Shown here: piece by piece, positions 1 to 8,776 of the stretch
Layout of the letters: every line of letters begins with the position of its first letter
How positions within the stretch are numbered: position 1 is the stretch's first letter
Source: an uncultured Candidatus Saccharibacteria bacterium
Lineage (GTDB): Bacteria > Patescibacteriota > Andersenbacteria > UBA10190
Assembly (NCBI GenBank): GCA_964371255.1
Contig: CAYJKV010000004.1
Location: 1-37,612, forward strand
Direction: 5' to 3'
Length of the DNA stretch: 37,612 nt
Position numbers and translations under genes: made by a program
Notes under the pieces: model-generated
Databases searched by the model: none
What the model was told of the DNA's origin: nothing
What the model saw: the letters and a program-made list of their open reading frames with translations, nothing else

Positions 1-63
1 AAGCCTTCCTACGGTAGGCAAGCCTTCCTACGGTAGGCAAGCCTTCCTACGGTAGGCAAGCCT
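1..63. repeat. 19-bp tandem repeat (AAGCCTTCCTACGGTAGGC) x3 plus partial copy, each unit palindromic; may extend beyond the window start
   Basis: Exact copies at 1-19, 20-38, 39-57 and AAGCCT at 58-63; internal hairpin CCTAC-G-GTAGG; no spacers. Confidence 0.95.
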
Positions 64-77
64 GAAAGGAGATTGTC

Positions 78-701
78 ATGTCTGCTGCGTTAGAAATGGT
101 GAAGGGTTGGAGTGTAGGTCAGCTGGCGGCGTTGGTACACAAGATGGGTGACGAAAACGCTCAAAGGATGCTGACGTGTCGCAAAGTCACAGTGACTTTC
201 GACGACACTAACCAATCTGCTGCAATCACAGCGGTATCATTGGTTCTCGACTGCACCAAGCTCTTCGATCCCGTCGCTTTCCTCGGCGAAGGTTGGAAAG
301 AGTTGGAACGGGATGAACGTGCCTATGCTTTGACACAAGTCGACTTCTCCCGATGTCAGTTCCTTACCTGTCTTAAAGAAGGAGAGGGTCTGATCAAAGG
401 AGAAGAAGAGCTGCGTCGTTTCAAGGAAGAACATTCTCAGCTAATCCGCCACGGCGGCAACCAGTTTCTGGCTTTGTGGGAAGACTACCTGAAGAACGTC
501 GACAACAGTGTCCTTGAACACCTGCGCCTGACCCAAGGCATTACCTTCCTGGACTTTCCCGGGCTGATTCTGCGGAACCCGGGCAGGCACCGGGGTGTGT
601 TGCACTTGCGCTGGGTTGGTGACCACTGGCGCTGGAACTGCTACTGGCTTGGTGGCGAGTGGGATGGCCGGGTTCGGTCGTCTGTTTCTCCTGCAAGTTA
701 G
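78..701 (+). CDS. Hypothetical protein, probable DGR target (copy 1) with C-terminal variable region
   Basis: 207 aa, GAAAGGAG upstream; paralog of 8113-8730; Trp-rich C-terminus HRGVLHLRWVGDHWRWNCYWLGGEWDGRVRSSVSPAS resembles CLec-type DGR variable regions. Confidence 0.8.
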   Translation: MSAALEMVKGWSVGQLAALVHKMGDENAQRMLTCRKVTVTFDDTNQSAAITAVSLVLDCTKLFDPVAFLGEGWKELERDERAYALTQVDFSRCQFLTCLKEGEGLIKGEEELRRFKEEHSQLIRHGGNQFLALWEDYLKNVDNSVLEHLRLTQGITFLDFPGLILRNPGRHRGVLHLRWVGDHWRWNCYWLGGEWDGRVRSSVSPAS

Positions 702-716
702 CCCTTAGTGCTTGAG
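573..716 (+). repeat. Putative DGR variable region 1 (573-677) plus invariant IMH-like 3' segment (676-716)
   Basis: Ungapped alignment to 8602-8745: 21 mismatches in 15 codons, 19 at codon positions 1-2, 15 with A in one copy; then 41 identical bp spanning the stop. Confidence 0.7.
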
Positions 717-866
717 CTTCTTTGCTCTGGCCCTTGGAAACTTTGTTCTTGATATTTTCGGTGGATCGATTTGAGCTTCATGTAATTTGAAAAAATTGCA
801 GTGGCTCTTTTTTATTACACTTTCGTATCGTGTTTTGTGGTTGTGGTTTTTTGTTTTTGGATTTTG

Positions 867-941
867 AATTTGTTTCTCCCGAAGGGATCCCCTTGGGAGG
901 ATTTAAGAGTTTCGTCCCTAGGGGACCCCATAGGGGGATTT
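867..941. repeat. 75-bp palindrome-rich dispersed repeat, copy 1 (inverted relative to 2210-2284)
   Basis: Reverse complement of 2210-2284 with one mismatch; modules TCCCGAAGGGATCCCCTTGGGA and CCCTAGGGGACCCCATAGGGG. Confidence 0.92.
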
Positions 942-947
942 CGGATT

Positions 948-2132
948 TTATGGCAATATCTGCTTTATCTTCTCGTGGGCTTTAGTCTCGGCAGCCTCGA
1001 TGGATGGGGCGATAACTTTGAAGACCAGGGCGCCGTTTTCTTTGGTGGCAGATAGCATCTCCTGGATTTCACGGCGGCGGGGACGCAAGCCGTGACCTAG
1101 TAAAAGATAGGCATGGTAGGCGCGGTCGTCAGTCATGGACAGGCTGGAGGATGGGGAGGACGGATCCTCGAAAAGCAGGAAGGCGGCATTGAAACCAGCG
1201 ATATTGTTAGCCAGTTCCTGCATGACGGCAGCTACATCGGCGGCACTGGCGCCGCTTTCGGTGAAGTCGTTCTTTTCGAGGATGGTCCAGTAAAGCTGGA
1301 CTTGTTCTTCGTAGCGCAGATGGGCATAGACAGAACCGGCTAATTTAATCAGTTTGAGCGGTTTGGTTTTAACCAAGTACTGAATAACCAATTCCCGCTT
1401 GGCTTGCAGTTCGATCAAGTTAGCGGCGACTTGAAAGGAGCGGGGAGTGGTAGAGGGTCTTTGAAAAGAGTCCGTGCCCGAGACGATGCCGGCATAGAGG
1501 GCCGTGGCAACGTCCTGGTTGAGCAGGTCGGGAGAGCGGGCGGAAATAAAATCAAAAACAACTTCAGCGCAGGAGCCGGCTGTGATGTCGACTAAGTTCA
1601 CCGTGCCAAACTGTTCATTGGCAGCGCGATGATCAATGTTGATCAGCGGGGTATTGTAAAAAAAGTCAGCGTGCTTGGTAAAGGTGGGGCCGAGTTCTTC
1701 CAGGTCGGTGGCACCGATAATAATAATAGCGTCATAGGGGAGCAGACGGACCGTTGTTTCCAGCTGGTCTTTGTGAAGCGGCGTGCTGGCGGGGAAAGTG
1801 ATGTGCAGGCGAGTGCCGCCGTTCAGTTCTTGTTGTTGAATGTTTTTGATCGTGTGCGGGCCGACCATGTCGATTACCAACTCAGGCTGTTCGGTTGGTG
1901 CAGTTTTGACTTGGGATGAGCCGGCCAGGAATTGCAGGGACGTCGGGACGTGGGAGACACTCACCTGATCGATGATGCGGCGGTCTTTAGAGGAGGAGGG
2001 TGGCTGGAGAGTAAGAAAAAGAGCGATCATTGAAGCGATGGCATCCCAGGATGATTTTACTGGGACGGTGAGTAAGAGATTACTGGCGCGGTTGAGGATG
2101 GCCGTGGCTTGTTGAATTTCTGACAGAGACAT
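948..2132 (-). CDS. DHH-family phosphoesterase-like protein (NrnA/c-di-AMP PDE-like) with degenerate motifs
   Basis: PLINIDHRAANEQFG (DHH motif as DHR), AGSCAEVV, VATALYAGIVSGTDSF; motif I reduced to SSWDAIAS. Confidence 0.8.
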   Translation of the reverse strand: MSLSEIQQATAILNRASNLLLTVPVKSSWDAIASMIALFLTLQPPSSSKDRRIIDQVSVSHVPTSLQFLAGSSQVKTAPTEQPELVIDMVGPHTIKNIQQQELNGGTRLHITFPASTPLHKDQLETTVRLLPYDAIIIIGATDLEELGPTFTKHADFFYNTPLINIDHRAANEQFGTVNLVDITAGSCAEVVFDFISARSPDLLNQDVATALYAGIVSGTDSFQRPSTTPRSFQVAANLIELQAKRELVIQYLVKTKPLKLIKLAGSVYAHLRYEEQVQLYWTILEKNDFTESGASAADVAAVMQELANNIAGFNAAFLLFEDPSSPSSSLSMTDDRAYHAYLLLGHGLRPRRREIQEMLSATKENGALVFKVIAPSIEAAETKAHEKIKQILP

Positions 2133-2209
2133 AGTGAGTAGTTATTGAAGGCTGAGAGAATAATCTATGAACAGCGCCTGTCACGGCCGGTCCCAATGGA
2201 ATATAAGGA

Positions 2210-2284
2210 AAATCCCCCTATGGGGTCCCCTAGGGACGAAACTCTTAAATCCTCCCAAAGGGATCCCTTCGGGAGAAACAAATT
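2210..2284. repeat. 75-bp palindrome-rich dispersed repeat, copy 2
   Basis: Inverted copy of 867-941. Confidence 0.92.
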
Positions 2285-2623
2285 AGAAATTAAAAACTGC
2301 AGAAAGATGAAACAGCAGCCGTGTTTCAATCCGGCAGGGGAAGGATTAATCAATATAGAGCCGTGAGCACACACCATAAGAGAATGACAGGTTAGCTGCG
2401 GATTAATTTATCGAGTTTAACAGTGTTGATCATAAATCTAGATATGGTAACGGTATTCGGTTTTGTTTGGAACAGCAGAGGTGGGGAAAAGTGCTGGTGA
2501 TATTAATGGCGAGAGAATAATCCAGGGAAAATACGTCTGACTTAAATAGATGTAGATTAAAAAATTGAGAAAGGGCCGTGATAAAAGCTTCCCGCGAGCG
2601 GGAGAAAGAGATACGCTGTGTTT

Positions 2624-3412
2624 ATGTTATTGAATGAGGTGATAATATTGGGCCTGGTGCAAGGATTGACGGAATTTTTGCCGGTTAGTTCATCGGGCCA
2701 TTTAGTGGCAGTGCGAGCTATTTTTAACTTTTCTGACATTGAAGGCAATGCGGTTGATGCTTTTTTGCATTTGGGCACATTATTAGCCGTGCTGGTTTTT
2801 TATAACCGGGTATGGTGGGGAATGATCAGGAGTGTGGTAACAAACGACAGTGAAGGGCGCGATAAGCGGGAACTAGCGGCTAAGTTGGCTTTAGCCACAG
2901 TACCGGCAGCGGTAGCTGGGTACCTGTGGCAGGACCAGGTAGCGCGTTATTTCCGGGAACCAAATACGGTGGCCGCGAGTTTGTTAGTTACCGCGGTTAT
3001 CTTAGCGACGGCGGATTGGTTAGCGATAAAAAAGATTACGATAAAGCGAGCGAGTTTTTTGGACGCGGGATTGATTGGGTTAGCGCAGGTGGTGGCTTTA
3101 CTGCCCGGAATATCAAGGTCTGGCATGACAATGGCGGCTGGCCGGTGGCGGGGGTTATCCCGCAGACAGGCAACCAACTTTTCCTTTTTATTGTCCGCGC
3201 CGATTATCGCGGGGGCCAGCCTGACAAGCTTGGCTTCGCTAGCAAGTAACGGGACGTTATCCTGGGGACAGATGGCAATAGGACTATTAGTTTCGTTCGG
3301 GGCTGGTTTAATAGCGATATTTTTATTGTTAAAGGTAGTGGAGAGAATATCGCTACGACCGTTCGCGGTGTACTTGGCAGCCTTGGCCATACTGCTTGTG
3401 TTGGTTGGTTGA
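2624..3412 (+). CDS. uppP: Undecaprenyl-diphosphate phosphatase (BacA/UppP)
   Basis: LGLVQGLTEFLPVSSSGHL and ALLPGISRSGMT signatures; multi-TM; ATG 2624 preferred over GTG 2618. Confidence 0.97.
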   Translation: MLLNEVIILGLVQGLTEFLPVSSSGHLVAVRAIFNFSDIEGNAVDAFLHLGTLLAVLVFYNRVWWGMIRSVVTNDSEGRDKRELAAKLALATVPAAVAGYLWQDQVARYFREPNTVAASLLVTAVILATADWLAIKKITIKRASFLDAGLIGLAQVVALLPGISRSGMTMAAGRWRGLSRRQATNFSFLLSAPIIAGASLTSLASLASNGTLSWGQMAIGLLVSFGAGLIAIFLLLKVVERISLRPFAVYLAALAILLVLVG

Positions 3413-3454
3413 GAAGGATTCATAGGCGGTGTTAAGTGATCTTCTATAGCCGAT

Positions 3455-3925
3455 ATGAGAACGGGCAGTCTTAAGATCAGCAGTGTGGCGGAGATGCAGC
3501 AGTTAGCCGAGTTAGCGGCTAAAGAAATAACTGGTGGTACTGTCTTGTGGTTGGAAGGAGAGCTGGGGGCTGGTAAGACTACCTTTGTACAAGGATTGGC
3601 GCGGGAGTTAGGGATAGACGAGAAAGTGACTTCGCCGAGTTTTACGGTGGTGAGTGAATACCCAGCGAGCCATAAGAACGGATTAAGACTGATCCATGTT
3701 GATTTGTATAGATTAAACAAAGGAGCTGAAGACGACATAGCCGTAAAAGACGCGTTAGAGAAGGCGACGAATACGGATCGGGTGACCGCGATTGAATGGG
3801 CGGACCGATTGCCGCAAGACTGTTTGGAGGGGAAGGCGGCGGCGGACAAGATATGGCGGATAAGGTTCTCGCATGGTAAGAGTCCAGAAGAAAGAAAGGT
3901 AGAATTTGAGAAGGGAATAAGATGA
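3455..3925 (+). CDS. tsaE: tRNA threonylcarbamoyladenosine biosynthesis ATPase TsaE
   Basis: LEGELGAGKTTFVQG, VTSPSF, HVDLYRL, IEWADR. Confidence 0.97.
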   Translation: MRTGSLKISSVAEMQQLAELAAKEITGGTVLWLEGELGAGKTTFVQGLARELGIDEKVTSPSFTVVSEYPASHKNGLRLIHVDLYRLNKGAEDDIAVKDALEKATNTDRVTAIEWADRLPQDCLEGKAAADKIWRIRFSHGKSPEERKVEFEKGIR

Positions 3926-6705
3926 CTGAGATGGCACCAAAAAAAGAAAAAATTAAATTAGCTTTATTAGATTCGCACGCGTTGATTCATCGGGCGTATC
4001 ACGCGCTGCCGCCGATGACAACTAGCGATGGCAGGCCGACTGGGGCAGTGTTTGGTTTTACTGCCATGCTGCTGAAAATGTTGAAAACAATTAAACCTAC
4101 CCATGTGGCGGCCGCTTTTGATTTGAAGGGACCGACTTTTCGGCACCTAGCATACAGTGAATATAAGGCGCATCGGAAAAAACCAGAGGAAGACTTGATC
4201 GCGCAATTCGTGATTGTGCGAGAGGTGTTAACAGCCATGAATATCCCAATTATCGATAAGAGCGGATTTGAGGCGGACGATATTATCGGCACAATTGCCA
4301 AACAGGTGATGGGGCAGGCCAAAGTGGTGATCGTAACGGGCGACAAAGACGCGCTGCAGTTGGTCGACGAGGACGTGACGGTCTTTACTTCAAGGAAAGG
4401 GATGACTGATACGGTGCTATTTGATGAAGCGCTAGTGCGAGAGCAATATGGCTTTGGACCGAGGTTGTTACCTGATTATAAAGGCCTAGCGGGGGATCCG
4501 TCGGATAATATCCCGGGGGTGGCGGGGATAGGGGATAAGACGGCCAAGGAGCTGGTGAGCAAATTTGGTGCCATTGAGGAGATCTATCAGCATATAGACG
4601 AAGTAGCTAACCGAGCTAAAACACGGTTAGAGAAACACAAGAAAGAGGCGCTGTTCAGCCGCGAGCTGGCGACGATTAAGAGAGACGTGAGTATTGACTT
4701 TGATATTAATGAAGCAAGGATGGATGACTTTGACGTCGAGGTTGTGAGACAAGTGTTTGAAAAGTTAGAATTTCGCAGTTTATTGGGAAGGCTGCCAGAA
4801 AGTGCGCGAGGCGGGATACAGCCAACGCTGTTCAGGGAACCAGCCAGACCGGCAGGAGCAGCAAGACCCGCGAGGCCAACAAGTGCGGCCGGCGGGCGGT
4901 TGGATAATTTTCATCTGGCGGAGAGTGAGGCGGAGCAGGAGAAATTAAGGAAGCGTCTGCGGGGCGAAAAACTAATCGCAGTGGATACAGAGAATGAAAG
5001 ATTGGGGGCGCGGGAGTATCCGATAGTCGGGCTAAGCGTGGCGATAAAAAACGGGGGAAAAATAGAGGCTTGGTACGTGCCGACAAATCGGCAGCAAGTT
5101 AAGAGCTGGCGGGAAATATTAGAGAGTCCGAGGATCGGGAAGATGGGGCATAATTTAAAATACGACGCTGAAGTATTAGCCCAATCAGGGATTGAACTTC
5201 GACCAATTGTCTTTGATACGATGGTCGCCAGCTATTTAATTAATCCAGGTTCACGGCAGCATGGGTTAGATTTTTTGGCAGGACAAGAATTGGGATACAA
5301 CTGTATCCCAATAACCGATCTGATTGGCACGGGTAAGAAGCAGCTAATGATGAGCGAAGTACCGCTCGAACGGATAGTGTCTTATGCCTGCGAGGACGCG
5401 GCTGTAGCCTGGAGGCTGTATGAATTATTTCAGACGAAACTGGCAGAACAGGGATTAACGCGAGTATTGGAGGAGTTAGAAGTGCCTTTGATACCAATTT
5501 TAGCGGAGATGGAGCTGGCCGGCGTGAAGATTGACGCGGCCGTATTAGGGCGGCTTGAGAAAACCGTGACGGAGACACGAAATGGTTTGCAGAAAAAAAT
5601 CTGGCAAGCGGCAGGCAAGGAGTTTAACGTCAATTCCACGCAACAGTTGCGTAAAATATTATTTGAAGAGCTGCAACTGCCGATCGCTGGCATCGCCCGC
5701 ACGCAGTCGGGATATTCTACAGCCGCAGCCGAGTTAGATAAGCTAAGGGGCCAACATCCAATAATTGTCTGGCTTGAAGAATATCGGGAAGTCAGCAAGC
5801 TGCTGAATACTTATATTGAGACGCTGCCGGAATTGGCGGACAAGAAAACAGGCAGAATTTATGCCAAATTTAATCAGGCAGTAACGGCAACGGGAAGATT
5901 ATCGTCATCGGATCCGAACTTGCAAAATATTCCGATCAGGACGGATTTAGGAAAAGAAATAAGGGCGGCTTTTGTGGCTGAGCGGGGTAAGCGGTTGGTG
6001 AAGGCCGACTACTCGCAGCTGGAACTGCGGGTAGCGGCTCATATCGCGCGAGACGAAAAGATGATGGCGGCCTTTCAGGCCGGAGAAGATATCCATAGCG
6101 CAACGGCAGCCTGGGTGAACGGGATAGACATAGCCAGGGTAACGGAAAAACAACGGCGGCAGGCCAAGACGTTAAATTTTGGCGTACTGTATGGTATGGG
6201 TCCGCAGAAATTTGCCAGGTCAGCGGACGTATCGGTCGAAGAGGCACGGTCCTTTATCGAAAGGTATAAAGAGCAATACGCGGGAATTGCCCGATGGATT
6301 GAGGCAACGATTCGACAGGCGCGGGAGTTGGGTTTTGTGGAAACATTGCTGGGCAGGCGACGTTATATGCCGGAGATTAATGCGCGGGCGCCGATGGTCC
6401 GGTCGGGGGCGGAGAGAGCCGCGTTCAATTTTCCGGTGCAGGGGACGGCGGCGGACATATTAAAGAAGGCAATGGTGGAATTGGCGGCGGCGCTGCAAAA
6501 AGATTGGCCGGAGACCAAAATGGTGCTGACGGTGCATGATGAACTTGTTTGTGAGGTGCCGGAAGAGCAAGCGGAAGCAGTAGCGAAGGTGATGAAGAGG
6601 ACAATGGAGGGAGCTGTTAGATTGGACGTGCCGGTGATTGTTGAGGTGTCGGTGGGGAAAAATTGGAGGGACATGAAAAAAGTAGAGAGGATATCGGAAG
6701 AGTGA
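3922..6705 (+). CDS. polA: DNA polymerase I (5'-3' exonuclease, 3'-5' exo-like and polymerase domains)
   Basis: LLDSHALIHRAYHA, GFEADDIIGT, GDPSDNIPGVAGIG, TGRLSSSDPNLQNIP, ADYSQLELR, AKTLNFGVLYG, VHDELV; start may be ATG 3931. Confidence 0.99.
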   Translation: MTEMAPKKEKIKLALLDSHALIHRAYHALPPMTTSDGRPTGAVFGFTAMLLKMLKTIKPTHVAAAFDLKGPTFRHLAYSEYKAHRKKPEEDLIAQFVIVREVLTAMNIPIIDKSGFEADDIIGTIAKQVMGQAKVVIVTGDKDALQLVDEDVTVFTSRKGMTDTVLFDEALVREQYGFGPRLLPDYKGLAGDPSDNIPGVAGIGDKTAKELVSKFGAIEEIYQHIDEVANRAKTRLEKHKKEALFSRELATIKRDVSIDFDINEARMDDFDVEVVRQVFEKLEFRSLLGRLPESARGGIQPTLFREPARPAGAARPARPTSAAGGRLDNFHLAESEAEQEKLRKRLRGEKLIAVDTENERLGAREYPIVGLSVAIKNGGKIEAWYVPTNRQQVKSWREILESPRIGKMGHNLKYDAEVLAQSGIELRPIVFDTMVASYLINPGSRQHGLDFLAGQELGYNCIPITDLIGTGKKQLMMSEVPLERIVSYACEDAAVAWRLYELFQTKLAEQGLTRVLEELEVPLIPILAEMELAGVKIDAAVLGRLEKTVTETRNGLQKKIWQAAGKEFNVNSTQQLRKILFEELQLPIAGIARTQSGYSTAAAELDKLRGQHPIIVWLEEYREVSKLLNTYIETLPELADKKTGRIYAKFNQAVTATGRLSSSDPNLQNIPIRTDLGKEIRAAFVAERGKRLVKADYSQLELRVAAHIARDEKMMAAFQAGEDIHSATAAWVNGIDIARVTEKQRRQAKTLNFGVLYGMGPQKFARSADVSVEEARSFIERYKEQYAGIARWIEATIRQARELGFVETLLGRRRYMPEINARAPMVRSGAERAAFNFPVQGTAADILKKAMVELAAALQKDWPETKMVLTVHDELVCEVPEEQAEAVAKVMKRTMEGAVRLDVPVIVEVSVGKNWRDMKKVERISEE

Positions 6706-6719
6706 GACGAGAACAATTT

Positions 6720-6854
6720 CCAATTTTCAATTTTTCCCTAAGGGATCCCTTCGGGACAATTTTCAAATAAATATCAATACTTCAATTTTCAAACAGGGAT
6801 GCATAAAAATTCCAATATCTAAATCCCCCCTATGGGGTCGCCTAGGGATAAACT
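6720..6854. repeat. Third, rearranged occurrence of the palindromic modules embedded in CAATTTT heptamer runs
   Basis: CCCTAAGGGATCCCTTCGGGA at about 6736-6756 and AAATCCCCCCTATGGGGTCGCCTAGGGA from 6821; repeated CAATTTTCAA. Confidence 0.8.
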
Positions 6855-6925
6855 GGAGAAATCGTAAACATGGACTAAGTCTGAGTCTTAAACCGGTGTT
6901 CTTCTCTTGTTTTTTCATTTTTCGT

Positions 6926-7926
6926 TGTTTATTCTTCATACATTTGTCCCCTGAAACGTAGCAAGTTTTTCTACTGGCGTTAAGCCATCCAGTCCTAAGT
7001 GGGGACATACTTCGTTGTACCAGCGGGCGTAAGCCCGCTGTTTTCGTCGTGCTTCCGGGACAGTGTCGAATCGTACTTTGTTCCAGAATCTCTCCCGGTC
7101 GTTACGATGACTGCGTTCGACTTTCCCGTTCTGCGCCGGCTTGCCCGGCGCGATGAGGTAGTGGACAAGTCCTAATTCAGCACATACATGATCAAAAATG
7201 TGGAGACGTGGCTTCATTGGGTTGGCGCTCTTAGGATAGCCGACGTAGTAATTGGTGAAGATGCTGGCATTGTCGGTTTTAACCGCTTGCACGGGAAACG
7301 GGGCACTGTCCATAACCATCCGGAGAAACTGGACGGCAGTTCGGTTGCTTTGCTCACTCGTCGCCCATAAATACCGCCACCTGGTGCAGCAATCAATGGC
7401 GGTGAACTGAAACAGCCATTTGCCCTTGAGTTTGCGGACGTAGACCACATCAATCTCAATAATCTCACCTGGCACCGTGGTCTTTGGTTTCCAAGTCTCC
7501 TTCTTCTTCAAGCGCTTTCGTGAGCGTGACAGTCCCTCGCGTTTCAAGAGCTTAGCCAAGCCGCTAGCGGAGACCACGATCCCTTCCCGTTTAAGCAGGT
7601 GCACCAGCACGTCGGGACCTAAACTCGTTTGAGCACGCAGTTGCCGGACTCGTGTAATGAGCTGATCGTCATACTGTCTGGCATGAGAATGTGGCCGGCG
7701 GGATTGCGGAGTGAGACCGGCTGTGCCGCCTCGACGCCAGGCAGCCACCCAGCGCTTGAGGGTGCGGTAGGTAAAGGAGATATGTCAGCGATCTCTCTCA
7801 ACGAGCGCTGACCATCTAGATACGGCTGTATCCACCGCAGCCGCTCCGCGGCTGCGTCTGCAGGTAATGTTTGAGACATACGCCCCATCCTACGGCTTGA
7901 GGGGACATATGTATGTGGGGAGTACC
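6926..7926 (-). mobile_element. IS481-family insertion sequence (about 1.0 kb)
   Basis: Inverted repeats CATACATTTGTCCCCTGAA (6937-6955) and TTGAGGGGACATATGTATG (7897-7915), 2 mismatches; TGT at 6926; TCGT(T) on both flanks (6922, 7927) as a candidate target duplication. Confidence 0.85.
6936..7879 (-). pseudogene. IS481-family DDE (rve) transposase split by a 1-nt frameshift near 7773
   Basis: N-part MSQTLP..ERLRWI..LREIADISP continues in another frame as YRTLKRWVAAWRRGG; DDE motifs IEIDVVY, KTDNASIF, QNGKVERSH; PHLGLDGLTP. Confidence 0.88.
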
Positions 7927-7934
7927 TCGTTTGA

Positions 7935-7963
7935 TTGACGGGATGTATGTTTTAGGGTAATGT
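7935..7963 (+). promoter_or_regulatory. Candidate sigma70 promoter for 8113-8730
   Basis: TTGACG-N17-TAATGT. Confidence 0.35.
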
Positions 7964-8112
7964 GGGGTGTTCGGTTTTAGGTTTGACTGACTAATTGGAA
8001 AGTCAGGAATGGTTGGCTCTTTTTTAATTATTGCTTACTGCTTAAGGGTAAGCCCCAAGGCCTCGGGTAGAGGCGAATTTTTGAGCGACTAGCTCAAGAA
8101 AGGTGGTATGTC

Positions 8113-8730
8113 ATGACATGTAAGTACAGCGATTGGTCGAGAGGGCAGGATGAAGCATTGTTGAACAAATTGGGAGGGGAGGAAGTGGCAATGAAGCTTC
8201 TCTCCTGCCGCCAGGTCACCGTAACCTTCGACGATTCCACTCAAATTGCCAAGGTGGTGGGTGTCCTGCCAATGCTCGACTGCACCAAGCTCTTCGATCC
8301 CACCGATTTCATCGGGAAAGACTGGAAAGAGTTGGAACGGGATGAACGCGCCTATGCTTTGACACAAGTCGACTTCTCCCGATGTCAGTTCCTGTCCTGC
8401 CTTAAGGAAGGAGAGGGGCACATCAAGGGAGAAGAGAGACTGCGCCGGCTCAAGAAAGATCATTCCCAGCTAATCCGTCTTGGCGGCAACCAGTTTTTAG
8501 CCCTGTGGGAAGATTACCAGAAGAACGGCGATAACAGTGTCCTTGAACACCTGCGCCTGACTCAAGGAATTACCTACCTGAACTTCCCCGGCCTGATTCT
8601 GCAGAACCCGAGCAGGCACCGGAATGTGTTGTACTTGCGTTGGAGGGGTGGCCACTGGCGCTGGCGCTGCAGCTGGCTTGATAACGAGTGGAATGACCGG
8701 GGTTGGTCGTCTGTTTCTCCTGCAAGTTAG
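8113..8730 (+). CDS. Hypothetical protein, probable DGR target (copy 2)
   Basis: 205 aa paralog of 78-701; C-terminus HRNVLYLRWRGGHWRWRCSWLDNEWNDRGWSSVSPAS. Confidence 0.8.
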   Translation: MTCKYSDWSRGQDEALLNKLGGEEVAMKLLSCRQVTVTFDDSTQIAKVVGVLPMLDCTKLFDPTDFIGKDWKELERDERAYALTQVDFSRCQFLSCLKEGEGHIKGEERLRRLKKDHSQLIRLGGNQFLALWEDYQKNGDNSVLEHLRLTQGITYLNFPGLILQNPSRHRNVLYLRWRGGHWRWRCSWLDNEWNDRGWSSVSPAS

Positions 8731-8745
8731 CCCTTAGTGCTTGAG
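8602..8745 (+). repeat. Putative DGR variable region 2 plus invariant 3' segment
   Basis: Counterpart of 573-716 at a constant offset of 8029. Confidence 0.7.
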
Positions 8746-8776
8746 ATTTTGTTCTTGATCTTGGTCCTTTGTTTTT

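Noticed and set aside
1-63. CRISPR array
   Set aside because: Units are directly abutting with no spacers, and no cas genes are present.
801-2377. Short ORFs 801-1055, 2145-2366 and 2165-2377, two of which share LFLPKGSxWEDLRVSSLGDPIGGF
   Set aside because: The similarity is only the translation of the 75-bp non-coding repeat.
2926-3849. ORFs 2947-3849 (-) and 2926-3249 (+)
   Set aside because: Shadows of the well-supported uppP and tsaE.
4835-4900. Insertion or intein in polA (PARPAGAARPARPTSAAGG)
   Set aside because: Low-complexity linker between the 5' nuclease and Klenow part; no intein motifs.
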